64,000 bases of DNA from Bacteroidota bacterium (GTDB lineage: Bacteria; Bacteroidota; Ignavibacteria; UBA10030; UBA8401). The notes under the pieces are model-generated. The model was given only the letters and a program-made list of their open reading frames with translations, was not told the origin of the DNA and ran no database searches. The stretch is from the NCBI GenBank assembly GCA_008933835.1, contig WBUG01000002.1, positions 62,929 through 126,928 on the forward strand. Reading direction: 5' to 3'. The stretch's first letter is position 1; each line of letters opens with the position of its first letter. Below are positions 35,799 to 44,537 of this stretch, in pieces. Made by a program: the position numbers and the translations under genes.

Positions 35799-37858
35799 TG
35801 AAACGGTCCATCGTCATATCGCTTCTGCTGATCGCTGCGGCGGGACCGGTCTCCGCTCAAAGCGACACCCTCATCTCGTCGCCGTCGCTCTCGTTCAGCC
35901 GCGGCAAACTGTGGCACAGCGTCTTCAACGGGAAGAGCGGTCCGAACTTCGCCAACTGGGGACGGCGCGGCATCGGACTGGACTGGCCCGGATACGACGA
36001 GACGTGGGTGAACGAGGACATCGGCGGACCGTCGTCGTACCTCGTGACGGGGGGATTCTTCATCGGGGCGAAGAAACAGGCGGACACCATCATCGCCGTG
36101 GAGGACTGGTCCATCTACGGCTCGACCATCTCGTCCGAAGTGAACTCGAAGTACCGTCTGCGGAGCCACCGCCACCTCTATCCCAACGGCACCAACTGGG
36201 GGATGAAGACGAAGGCGAAGGCGGGCGAGGAGGTCATCGAGACCGTGTGGGAGTACAATCCCGGTTTCAGTTCGCAGGTGGACCAGAACCAGCTCTTCCC
36301 CGTGCTTCCGGTCCGCGTCACGCGGCGGGCGCATCAGTGGAACGGTTCCACGCGCGATGAGAACTACGTCCTCTACGAGTACATCATCAAGAACGTCTCG
36401 AACGAGTTCCCGCAGCTCAACGGCCATACGGTGGACACCCTCTTCGGACTCCGCATCGTGATGAACTACGCCCTGCAGGCGAACTCCCGTGCATGGAGCG
36501 TCCTCTTCCCGCAGCTCTCACCGGGTTCCCGGAACCTCGTTTTCGACACCGACAGCACCCAGCGGCTCACCCGCGCACGCGCCGGCGATTACAAGGAGGA
36601 GGCCGGTGACGAATCGTACATGTTCGCGTCGACGCAGGGCTACCGTGTGGAAGGGGATCCCACCGGCGAGTTCCTTGCGCCGGCCATCGTGGGGGTGAAG
36701 CTGCTCTACGCGACGCCGGAGGCGCGGTACAACGAACCCTCCCTGGTGAGCCGGTACGGATGGTCCGCCGCCAGCAACTCGGTGGACCTGAGCGGACCCG
36801 TGACCAACATCGGTTCCCTCGAAGCGCGGTACAATTTCCTCGCCGACATCGCCGCCGCGAACGCGTTCGTCGCGAACTATGCGGACCCGACGTACGCCGG
36901 ACGCTCGCGCGTCTGGTCCATGATGCAGCTCGGACCGTGGAACCTCGCTCCCGGCGACTCCGTCCGAATCGGCATCGCCGAGATCGTGGACGGTCCTTCC
37001 GATTCGCTCTGGTTCGACGAGAAGAAGCGGAGCCTCATCTCGTCCGAGGGAGCGACGCAGTTCAGCCGGTCCGTTCAGTTCGCGCAGCAGACGTGGCAGT
37101 TCAATCTGGACCATCCCGATCCGCCGGTCGCGCCGCCGTTCACGGTGGAGTACATCCGGAACCGCGAACGGTTCGCCGCCTCTGTCATCGAATGGAGCAG
37201 CGCATCGGAATCGCTGCCGGACCCCGACGACGGCACGCTCGACCTCGCCGGATACCGGGTGTACCGCTCGTTCCATCTGCCGACCGGACCCTGGAAGCGC
37301 ATCGCCGACATCCGGAAAGGTGACCCCGCCTTCTATGATGCGGCGGGGGGGAAGTACGCGTTCGTCGATTCTACCGGAGATATCGGGACGAACTATTACT
37401 ATGCCCTCACCGCGTACGACACCGGAAAGGCCTCCTGGCCGGTGAGTCCGTCCACCATCTTCCAGCCCGGCGGCACGGGAGCGCGCAGAGTGCCGCCGCT
37501 CGAATCGTCCATCTTCGCCAACCGGCTGAGCCGTCCGTTCCGTATGACCATCGCGCCGGCGAAATCACAGAACGACGTCCTGGTGGTCCCGAATCCGTTC
37601 GTCATCTCCCGCGGCGTGTCGCAGGTCGGTTCGGGGGACGACATCCTCTTCACCAACGTCCCGAACCCCTGCACCATCCGTATCTACACCGTCCGCGGCG
37701 ATCTGGTGCGCACCATCGAGGTGCCGGAGGGAACGGGAGGGATCGTTTCGTGGAACCAGCAGACCGGATACGGTCAGTTCGCTGAGAGCGGCATCTACAT
37801 CTTCCACGTCGATTCACCCGCCGGCACGAAGGTCGGCAAGTTCGCCATCATCCGATGA
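35798..37858 (+). CDS. secreted hypothetical protein with C-terminal T9SS/FlgD-Ig-like sorting-type domain
   Basis: Signal peptide MKRSIVISLLLIAAAGPVSAQ. C-terminus LVVPNPFVISRG...NPCTIRIYTVRGDLVRTIEV...GIYIFHVDSPAGTKVGKFAIIR. The start overlaps the TonB-dependent receptor stop. Confidence 0.55.
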   Translation: MKRSIVISLLLIAAAGPVSAQSDTLISSPSLSFSRGKLWHSVFNGKSGPNFANWGRRGIGLDWPGYDETWVNEDIGGPSSYLVTGGFFIGAKKQADTIIAVEDWSIYGSTISSEVNSKYRLRSHRHLYPNGTNWGMKTKAKAGEEVIETVWEYNPGFSSQVDQNQLFPVLPVRVTRRAHQWNGSTRDENYVLYEYIIKNVSNEFPQLNGHTVDTLFGLRIVMNYALQANSRAWSVLFPQLSPGSRNLVFDTDSTQRLTRARAGDYKEEAGDESYMFASTQGYRVEGDPTGEFLAPAIVGVKLLYATPEARYNEPSLVSRYGWSAASNSVDLSGPVTNIGSLEARYNFLADIAAANAFVANYADPTYAGRSRVWSMMQLGPWNLAPGDSVRIGIAEIVDGPSDSLWFDEKKRSLISSEGATQFSRSVQFAQQTWQFNLDHPDPPVAPPFTVEYIRNRERFAASVIEWSSASESLPDPDDGTLDLAGYRVYRSFHLPTGPWKRIADIRKGDPAFYDAAGGKYAFVDSTGDIGTNYYYALTAYDTGKASWPVSPSTIFQPGGTGARRVPPLESSIFANRLSRPFRMTIAPAKSQNDVLVVPNPFVISRGVSQVGSGDDILFTNVPNPCTIRIYTVRGDLVRTIEVPEGTGGIVSWNQQTGYGQFAESGIYIFHVDSPAGTKVGKFAIIR

Positions 37859-38796
37859 ACCGGAACACCGTCATAGCGCTGTGGATGCTGCTGGCCGCCG
37901 TCACCGCGGGCGCACAGGAGTTCCGGAGCACCGCCACGGCGGGATTCGTGTTCCTGGAGATCCCCATGACCGCCCGCTCCGCGGCGCTCGGCGAGGCGAC
38001 GGTCGCGCTGGCGGACGCCGGTTCGTCCGGACTCTTCATGAACCCGGCCGCCATCGGCTTCATGACCGCCTCCCATTCCGTCTCGTTCTCCACCGCCCGG
38101 TGGTTCGCGGAGATCGACCATTTCGGCGGAAGCTACGCCCTGACGACGGAAGCGGGGAACTTCGGCATCACCACCGCCATCCTCGATTACGGCACCATGC
38201 CGCTCACCGTCCGGACGGGGGGAGAGCGGACGTTCGCCTCCATCGGCACCTTCACGGCGCAGGCGGCGGCGGTGGGACTCACCTACAGCCGCGCCCTCAC
38301 GGACCGGTTCTCGTTCGGTGTGGGACTGAAGTACGTGCGCGAAACGATCCACGAGTACAGCGCCTCGAACATCCTCTTCGACGGCGGCATCATCTACCAC
38401 ACCGGATTCCGTTCGCTCCGTCTCGGAGCGAGCATGATGAACTTCGGAACGAACGCGCAGTACATCAACGACCCGTTCAAGATGCCGACGCTGCTCCGGC
38501 TCGGCGTGGCGGCCGAACTGCTGGGAGGGTTCGACGAGGACCTCCGCGTCACCGGACTGGCCGAAGCGCTCCATCCCAGCGACGCGCCGGAACGGGTGAA
38601 CGCCGGCGTCGAGGTGGGACTGTACCGCATGGTCACGCTCCGCGCAGGATATAAGTTCTTCTCGGACGAGGAATCGTTCACCGCCGGCGTCGGACTGGAC
38701 GCCGCGCGGGTGATGCCGCTCGCGCTCGATGTGGCGGTGTCGCGCTACGGCCGGCTCGGCGACATCGTTCGGCTCACCATCACGGGGGCGTTGTGA
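37855..38796 (+). CDS. PorV/PorQ-family (FadL-like) outer-membrane beta-barrel protein
   Basis: Signal peptide followed by the FadL/PorV-type N-terminal motif GFVFLEIPMTARSAALGEATVALADAGSSGLFMNPAAIGF. ATGA overlap with the upstream gene. Confidence 0.5.
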   Translation: MNRNTVIALWMLLAAVTAGAQEFRSTATAGFVFLEIPMTARSAALGEATVALADAGSSGLFMNPAAIGFMTASHSVSFSTARWFAEIDHFGGSYALTTEAGNFGITTAILDYGTMPLTVRTGGERTFASIGTFTAQAAAVGLTYSRALTDRFSFGVGLKYVRETIHEYSASNILFDGGIIYHTGFRSLRLGASMMNFGTNAQYINDPFKMPTLLRLGVAAELLGGFDEDLRVTGLAEALHPSDAPERVNAGVEVGLYRMVTLRAGYKFFSDEESFTAGVGLDAARVMPLALDVAVSRYGRLGDIVRLTITGAL

Positions 38797-39518
38797 TGCG
38801 GCGGAGCGTCATCATATCGCTCCTGGCGTTCTTCGCCCTCTCCACAGCAGCGGCGCAGCTTCGCTCCGTGCAGTTCTCGGCGGCGGCGGACCTGGTGCCG
38901 GAAAAACGACTCGGGATCACCGAAGCATCGGCGTACGGAGGCCGTCTTTCGGTCTCCTACGGTGTCGGCGACGCCGGCACGGTGACCGTCGATGTGGGCT
39001 ACTCACGGTACGACATCGAACAGCCGGACGAGGTCGTTCGGTGGGGATGGACCATCTGGGACCGCCGGTACCGGAACTGGGTCAGCATCTATTCCGCCGA
39101 CACGGCCAATTTTACCGGAAAGGTCGAATCGGTCCAGTCGATGGAATCGGTCCCCGTGACGGTGAAGTACTCGCACCGCTTCCCGCTGACGGAGGACATC
39201 ACCGTCGCGCCGCTCCTCGGCGCCGGAGTGGAGTTCTATACGCGCAAACTGTATCATAACGAGACCTGGACGCGGAAGTATCCGCAGGACGGATACCAGT
39301 TCACGTACTCGTACCACAATTTCGCGCCGTACAAGAGCGGCAATCCGCTCTTCGGCGTCGCCGGCGTCAACGCCGAAGCCCGGTTGTCCCGCATCATCGT
39401 GCTCACTGCGGGAGCGGAACTGCGCCGGTATCTCGACACACCCGGTTCGTTCGGCTATGACGCCTATCCATTCTCCACGGCGCTCTCGCTCTTCGCCGGC
39501 ATAGGATTCACCTACTGA
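38793..39518 (+). CDS. small outer-membrane beta-barrel protein, hypothetical
   Basis: Signal peptide MMRRSVIISLLAFFALSTAAAQ. Amphipathic strands, ending FAGIGFTY. Confidence 0.5.
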   Translation: MMRRSVIISLLAFFALSTAAAQLRSVQFSAAADLVPEKRLGITEASAYGGRLSVSYGVGDAGTVTVDVGYSRYDIEQPDEVVRWGWTIWDRRYRNWVSIYSADTANFTGKVESVQSMESVPVTVKYSHRFPLTEDITVAPLLGAGVEFYTRKLYHNETWTRKYPQDGYQFTYSYHNFAPYKSGNPLFGVAGVNAEARLSRIIVLTAGAELRRYLDTPGSFGYDAYPFSTALSLFAGIGFTY

Positions 39519-40234
39519 TGAGAACCTCCGCCGCCATCCTGCTCGTGCTCCTTACCGCCGCCGCCGGAACCGCCGCGCAGCCGCTCGGCGTTCTTCTTGG
39601 CGCCGACGCCTCCTACTCCGCTCCGGCGGGGAGCTTCGCGAAACGCTCGAAACCCGCCCTCACCTACCGGCTGACGGGACGGGAAACGCATTACAACAAC
39701 CCCCGTTGGGGGGGATATGTCGAGTATGCGCGCTTTGAAGAGGAGAACCGGGACCGGTTGTCCGTGAAGCGGCTCGACACGCTCAACGGCGTTCCGCGCG
39801 AGCTCGTCTTTCCGTTGAAGCCGTTCGATATGGTCCTCACCTCCTACGGTGCGGGCGTGACGATGAACTACGCCGTCGTCACCACGCCGGCGGCGGAGCT
39901 GAGCGCCTACGCGGCGTTCGGCATACACTACTGGGAGTTCGACCGTGCCTCCTACGTCGACTCCATCCGCATCGACACCGGCTCGGTCGCTCCAAAACTG
40001 AAGCTCCTGGACGTGCTCCGCGTACCGGAGCTGCATCAGAAGGACTGGTCCGGCGCCCTGCATGTGGGCCTGGACGCCGACATCACCCTCTTCTCTCCGG
40101 TCATCCTCACCGCCGGAGTCCGGTACCGCATCCTCCTCGCCGAACTGTGGCCCACGCTCGAAATGGACCTGGAGAACGTCAGCGGCATCCAGTCCGTTTC
40201 CGTCTCGGTTGGTCTTCAGTATTTATTTGAGTAA
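39518..40234 (+). CDS. small outer-membrane beta-barrel protein, hypothetical (second)
   Basis: Signal peptide MRTSAAILLVLLTAAAGTAAQ, ending VGLQYLFE. TGATG overlap with the upstream gene. Confidence 0.5.
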   Translation: MRTSAAILLVLLTAAAGTAAQPLGVLLGADASYSAPAGSFAKRSKPALTYRLTGRETHYNNPRWGGYVEYARFEEENRDRLSVKRLDTLNGVPRELVFPLKPFDMVLTSYGAGVTMNYAVVTTPAAELSAYAAFGIHYWEFDRASYVDSIRIDTGSVAPKLKLLDVLRVPELHQKDWSGALHVGLDADITLFSPVILTAGVRYRILLAELWPTLEMDLENVSGIQSVSVSVGLQYLFE

Positions 40235-40271
40235 CTTCCAACCGTTCAATCCATCAATCGACTGCCACCGT

Positions 40272-41177
40272 ATGCTCTCGTTCATCGTCCATGGGGGCGC
40301 CTGGGACATTCCCGACGCCATGCTTGAAGACCATCGCGCCGGGGTCGCCCGCGCCCTCGCCATCGGATGGGAGGTCCTCTCCGGCGGCGGCAGCGGCGTC
40401 GAAGCGGTGGAGAAGGCCATCCGCTACCTTGAAGACGACCCCACGTTCGACGCGGGGCGCGGTTCGTTCGTGAACTCGCTCGGCGAGATCGAACTCGACG
40501 CCAGCATCATGAACGGCACCTCCTTCCGCTGCGGAGCCGTCGCGGCGGTACAGAACATCCGCAATCCCATCTCGCTCGCCCGGCTCATCATGGACAAGAG
40601 CGAACATGTGCTCATCGCCGGCATGGGGGCGGTGCGTTTCGCGCGTGAGAACGGCATCCAGCAATGTAAGAGCGACGACCTGCTGGTGGGGCGGGAACTG
40701 CAGCGATGGAAGGAACTGCAGGGGAAGACCACCTTCTCCACGAAGGATGCCTTCAAGGGCAAGCTCCCCTCGGACACCGTCGGCGCCGTGGCGCTGGACA
40801 AGGACGGCGTCATCGCCGCGGGCACCTCCACCGGCGGCACCCCCAACAAGTATCCCGGCCGCGTCGGCGATTCGCCGATGATCGGCTGCGGCACCTACGC
40901 GGACAGCGCCATCGGCGGCGTGTCGTGCACCGGATGGGGGGAGGCCATCATCAAAGTGGCGCTCTCCAAGACCATCGTGGACCGCATGGAAGTGAACGGC
41001 GGCGATGCGGACGAAGCGTCCCGCTTCGGCATCGACCGGCTGAAGACGAAAGCGGACGGCTTCGGCGGCGTCATCGTGCTGAACCACGAGGGGCGACCCG
41101 CCGTGGCGTTCAACACGCCGCGGATGGCGCGGGCGTACCGGACCTCGGAGATGCCGGACGGCACGGTGGAAGTGTGA
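40272..41177 (+). CDS. iaaA: isoaspartyl peptidase / L-asparaginase (Ntn-hydrolase)
   Basis: MLSFIVHGGAWDIPD...DDPTFDAGRGS...GTVGAVALDKDGVIAAGTSTGG (the autoproteolytic Thr region). Confidence 0.85.
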   Translation: MLSFIVHGGAWDIPDAMLEDHRAGVARALAIGWEVLSGGGSGVEAVEKAIRYLEDDPTFDAGRGSFVNSLGEIELDASIMNGTSFRCGAVAAVQNIRNPISLARLIMDKSEHVLIAGMGAVRFARENGIQQCKSDDLLVGRELQRWKELQGKTTFSTKDAFKGKLPSDTVGAVALDKDGVIAAGTSTGGTPNKYPGRVGDSPMIGCGTYADSAIGGVSCTGWGEAIIKVALSKTIVDRMEVNGGDADEASRFGIDRLKTKADGFGGVIVLNHEGRPAVAFNTPRMARAYRTSEMPDGTVEV

Positions 41178-41187
41178 GCGCCGCGGT

Positions 41188-42471
41188 GTGAAACTCTCCT
41201 CGCTCATCGGTCACGTCACCGAGGCGTACGCCGAGATCGCCTCCTCCCGCAAGCCGGCGGACCACCTCATCGACCTTTTCTTCCGTTCCCGGAAGTACCT
41301 CGGTTCCCACGACCGCCGGTTCATCGCCGAAACGGTCTACGCCATGCTCCGCCACCGGCGCAGGACCGAATGGATGGTGTCACGCGCCGATGTGCAAGGG
41401 AACCGTCATCTGCTGCTCTGTGCCGCCACGCTGCTGTTGGAGCGGAAGGTGGCGCCGGAGGTGCTCGACGCGGAGCAGCTGCTGCCGGAGGGCACCGTCG
41501 CAGCGCTCGCAGCGCTGACGGAGTGCGAACCGGAGGGGACCGCGGCGGCGGAACGGATGGGACTGCGGTACTCCTTCCCGGACTGGATGCTCGAACGGTG
41601 GTTCGGTTCGTTCGGCGAAGAGGAGACGGAATCGCTCTGCCGCTCCATGAACACGCCTGCTCCCATCACGCTCCGCGTCAACACGGTGCGGTGCAGCGTC
41701 GACGAATGCATGCGCTCCCTCAAAGAGGAAGGGATCGACAGCGTGCGGACGGAGTTCTCCCCCGTCGGACTGCACATCCCGAAACGGCTCAACGTGTTCC
41801 AGCTGGAGACCTTCCGCAAAGGGTATTTCGAAGTGCAGGACGAGGGAAGCCAGCTGCTGGCGCTGCTGGTGGACCCCAAACCGCGTGCGAAGGTGGTGGA
41901 CGCCTGCGCCGGGGGCGGCGGGAAGTCGCTCGCCCTGGCCGCCATCATGAAGAACCGCGGCGAGATCTTCTCGCTCGACATTCACGAGTTCCGACTGGAG
42001 GAACTGAAGAAGCGGATACGGCGCGCCGGTATCGACACCATCCGGGTGCGGCCGGTGAGCGAAGAGGAGTCCCCGGAGGAACTGCAGGGTGCTGCCGAGT
42101 ATGTGCTGGTGGACGCACCGTGCAGCGGCACCGGAACCATCCGGCGGAACCCCGGCATGAAATGGTCCGTGACCCCCGAGATGCTCAGGGAACTGCATCA
42201 GAAACAGGTGCGCATCCTCGACCAGTACTCCCGCTGCGTCGCTCCGGGCGGTACGCTCGTGTATGCGACCTGTTCGCTGATGGAGGAGGAGAACGCGCAG
42301 GTGGCGGAACAGTTCCTGGCCGCGCATCCCGAATTCGAACCGCTGCCGCCGGGAGCGAGACTGCAGCGGTACGGTCTCGAAGCGCTCGCGGGGGAGCGGT
42401 TTTTCCGTCTGATGCCGAACCGGCACGGCACGGACGGTTTCTTCGCGGCGGTGTTCCGGAGGAGGCCATGA
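41188..42471 (+). CDS. rsmB: 16S rRNA (cytosine-C5) methyltransferase, RsmB/Sun family
   Basis: NusB-like N-terminal region, SAM-binding DACAGGGGKS, then catalytic PCSGTG and TCS motifs. GTG start. Confidence 0.85.
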   Translation: MKLSSLIGHVTEAYAEIASSRKPADHLIDLFFRSRKYLGSHDRRFIAETVYAMLRHRRRTEWMVSRADVQGNRHLLLCAATLLLERKVAPEVLDAEQLLPEGTVAALAALTECEPEGTAAAERMGLRYSFPDWMLERWFGSFGEEETESLCRSMNTPAPITLRVNTVRCSVDECMRSLKEEGIDSVRTEFSPVGLHIPKRLNVFQLETFRKGYFEVQDEGSQLLALLVDPKPRAKVVDACAGGGGKSLALAAIMKNRGEIFSLDIHEFRLEELKKRIRRAGIDTIRVRPVSEEESPEELQGAAEYVLVDAPCSGTGTIRRNPGMKWSVTPEMLRELHQKQVRILDQYSRCVAPGGTLVYATCSLMEEENAQVAEQFLAAHPEFEPLPPGARLQRYGLEALAGERFFRLMPNRHGTDGFFAAVFRRRP

Positions 42472-42953
42472 GAACGTTCACGTTCGTTCTCGTCGCCGCA
42501 CTGCTCTCCGGATGCGGACGACTCTCCGAAGAAGAGCTCTGGAGCCGCGTCGAAGCGGCGAAGGGGGGAGGCAACTGGGATTCCACCGGAGCGGTGTGCG
42601 AACGCATCCTGAAGGAGTATCCCGCCGGTGCGTACGCCGCCTATGCGCGGTTCGGTCTCGCCGAAAGCCACCGGTTCCGGAACCAGCCGCGCGAAGCGCT
42701 GGACAATTACAAGATCTTCTCCGCGGAACATCCCGACCTGCAGCCCGCTCCGCTCTCCCTCTTTCTGGTCGGATACCTCTACAACAATACGTTCGGTCTG
42801 AAGGACAGCGCCGCGGCGCAATACCGTCTCTTTTTGGAGCGCTATCCCGGTCACGAACTCGCACCGACGGTCCGTTTCGAGCTCGAGACGTTGGGACTCA
42901 CCCCGCAGGAGGCGCTGGAACGGACCGAACGACGGAACCAGGCGTTGAAATGA
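42468..42953 (+). CDS. TPR-like lipoprotein (YbgF/CpoB-like), hypothetical
   Basis: The ATG overlaps the rsmB stop (ATGA). Lipobox LLSGC, followed by helical TPR-like repeats. Confidence 0.55.
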   Translation: MRTFTFVLVAALLSGCGRLSEEELWSRVEAAKGGGNWDSTGAVCERILKEYPAGAYAAYARFGLAESHRFRNQPREALDNYKIFSAEHPDLQPAPLSLFLVGYLYNNTFGLKDSAAAQYRLFLERYPGHELAPTVRFELETLGLTPQEALERTERRNQALK

Positions 42954-42966
42954 ACCGAACTCCCGC

Positions 42967-43881
42967 ATGCAGCCGGCGCTGAAATATCTCCGTCCCGACG
43001 TCGTCTCGAGACTCTCGACGATGGAACTCCGCGCCCGCCTCGTGGTGGAAGGGTTCATCACGGGACTGCATCAGAGTCCGTACCACGGGTTCAGCGTCGA
43101 GTTCGCCGAACACCGGCAGTACATGCCGGGGGATGAGATCCGGCGCATCGACTGGCGGGTGTACGGCAAGACCGACCGGTACTACGTGAAGCAGTTCGAG
43201 GAGGAGACCAATCTCGTTTCGTACATCGCCGTGGACACCAGCGCCTCCATGCGCTTCGCGTCCGACAGGGACCGCACCGGGACGAAGCGCCTCACCAAAC
43301 TGGAGTACGCGTCGTACATCGCGGCGGCGCTGTCGTACCTGATGGTGCAGCAGCGCGACGCGGTGGGACTGCTCCGGTACGACACCGAGGTGCGCACCGT
43401 CATCCCTCCCCACGCCACGTCGCAGCATCTGCGGCGTCTGCTGGTGGAACTGGAACGGATGGAGGCCTCCAACGGCACCAACTCGGCCGCCGCGCTCCAC
43501 CGCCTGGCCGAACGGATGAACCGGCGAGGTCTGGTGGTGGTGCTGAGCGACCTGTTCGACGAACCCGCCGCCGTAATGAGCGCGCTCCGCCACTTCCGGC
43601 ACGACCATCACGAGGTTATCGTGATGCAGGTGCTCGATCCGCTCGAGCGGTCGTTCGCCTTCGGGAGCGACGCGCTCTTCCGCGACCTCGAAACGGGGGA
43701 GGTCCTTCCCTCCCAGCCGTACCACATGCAGCGGGCCTACCAGCAGGCCATGGCGCAGTTCATCGAACGGACCAAGCGGGAATGCCGGGAGAACGGCATC
43801 GACTATCTGCTGCTGGACACCGGCACGCCGTTCGACACGGCGCTGCTCAACTACCTGAACAAACGGAGGAGGATGGGATGA
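42967..43881 (+). CDS. DUF58 domain protein (vWA-fold, MoxR-associated family)
   Basis: GLHQSPYHGFSVEFAEHRQYMPGDEIRRIDWRVYGKTDRYYVKQFEEETN is the DUF58 signature. Confidence 0.8.
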   Translation: MQPALKYLRPDVVSRLSTMELRARLVVEGFITGLHQSPYHGFSVEFAEHRQYMPGDEIRRIDWRVYGKTDRYYVKQFEEETNLVSYIAVDTSASMRFASDRDRTGTKRLTKLEYASYIAAALSYLMVQQRDAVGLLRYDTEVRTVIPPHATSQHLRRLLVELERMEASNGTNSAAALHRLAERMNRRGLVVVLSDLFDEPAAVMSALRHFRHDHHEVIVMQVLDPLERSFAFGSDALFRDLETGEVLPSQPYHMQRAYQQAMAQFIERTKRECRENGIDYLLLDTGTPFDTALLNYLNKRRRMG

Positions 43882-44423
43882 CCACCGGCGAACGGCGCGT
43901 TCTGGACCTCGGCTGCGGACGGCGCAAGCGGCCCGGCGCCGTTGGGGTGGACGTCAATCCGCGCTCCGAGGCGGACGTCCTGCACGACCTCAACCACTAT
44001 CCGTACCCCTTCGCCGAGGACCATTTTTCGGAGGTGTACGCGGACAACGTACTCGAGCATCTCGACGACGTGCTGAAAGTGATGATCGAACTCCACCGCA
44101 TCACCCGCTCCGACGGCGTCGTCGAGATCACCGTCCCGTTCTATGCGCACCGCAACGCCAACACCGACCCGACGCACCGGCACTGGTTCGGCGTCCACTC
44201 CTTCGACTACTTCGTGGAGGGGACCGACCACGGGAACTTCCGCTATTCGCCCATCCGCTTCACCCTGCTCTCCGTCGAGTTCAACAAGGGGCTCACGCTC
44301 CGGCACTGGTTCGACCGGGCCGTGACACGGTTCGCGAACCGTCATATGGACCTCTACGAGAACCGGCTGGCGACCATCGTTCCGCTCGCCCAGCTCACCT
44401 TCCGGCTCCGTCCGGTGAAGTGA
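43878..44423 (+). CDS. class I SAM-dependent methyltransferase
   Basis: The ATG overlaps the DUF58 stop (ATGA). VLDLGCGRRKRPGAVGVD motif I, then DNVLEHLDD. Confidence 0.75.
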   Translation: MTTGERRVLDLGCGRRKRPGAVGVDVNPRSEADVLHDLNHYPYPFAEDHFSEVYADNVLEHLDDVLKVMIELHRITRSDGVVEITVPFYAHRNANTDPTHRHWFGVHSFDYFVEGTDHGNFRYSPIRFTLLSVEFNKGLTLRHWFDRAVTRFANRHMDLYENRLATIVPLAQLTFRLRPVK

Positions 44424-44537
44424 ACGTTCCCCGCTCCCCGCTTTGCCCTTCCGGTCAAGTTTGACTATCTTTCGGTTTGAACTTCTCCGCCGTTTCCGGC
44501 GTTCTGCCGGTGCCATGACATCTTCGTTCCCGTCCGC

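Noticed and set aside
44424-44537. Canonical LexA/SOS box upstream of uvrA
   Set aside because: No match to the E. coli (CTGT-N8-ACAG) or Gram-positive (GAAC-N4-GTTC) consensus. Only a loose direct repeat was found, reported at low interest.
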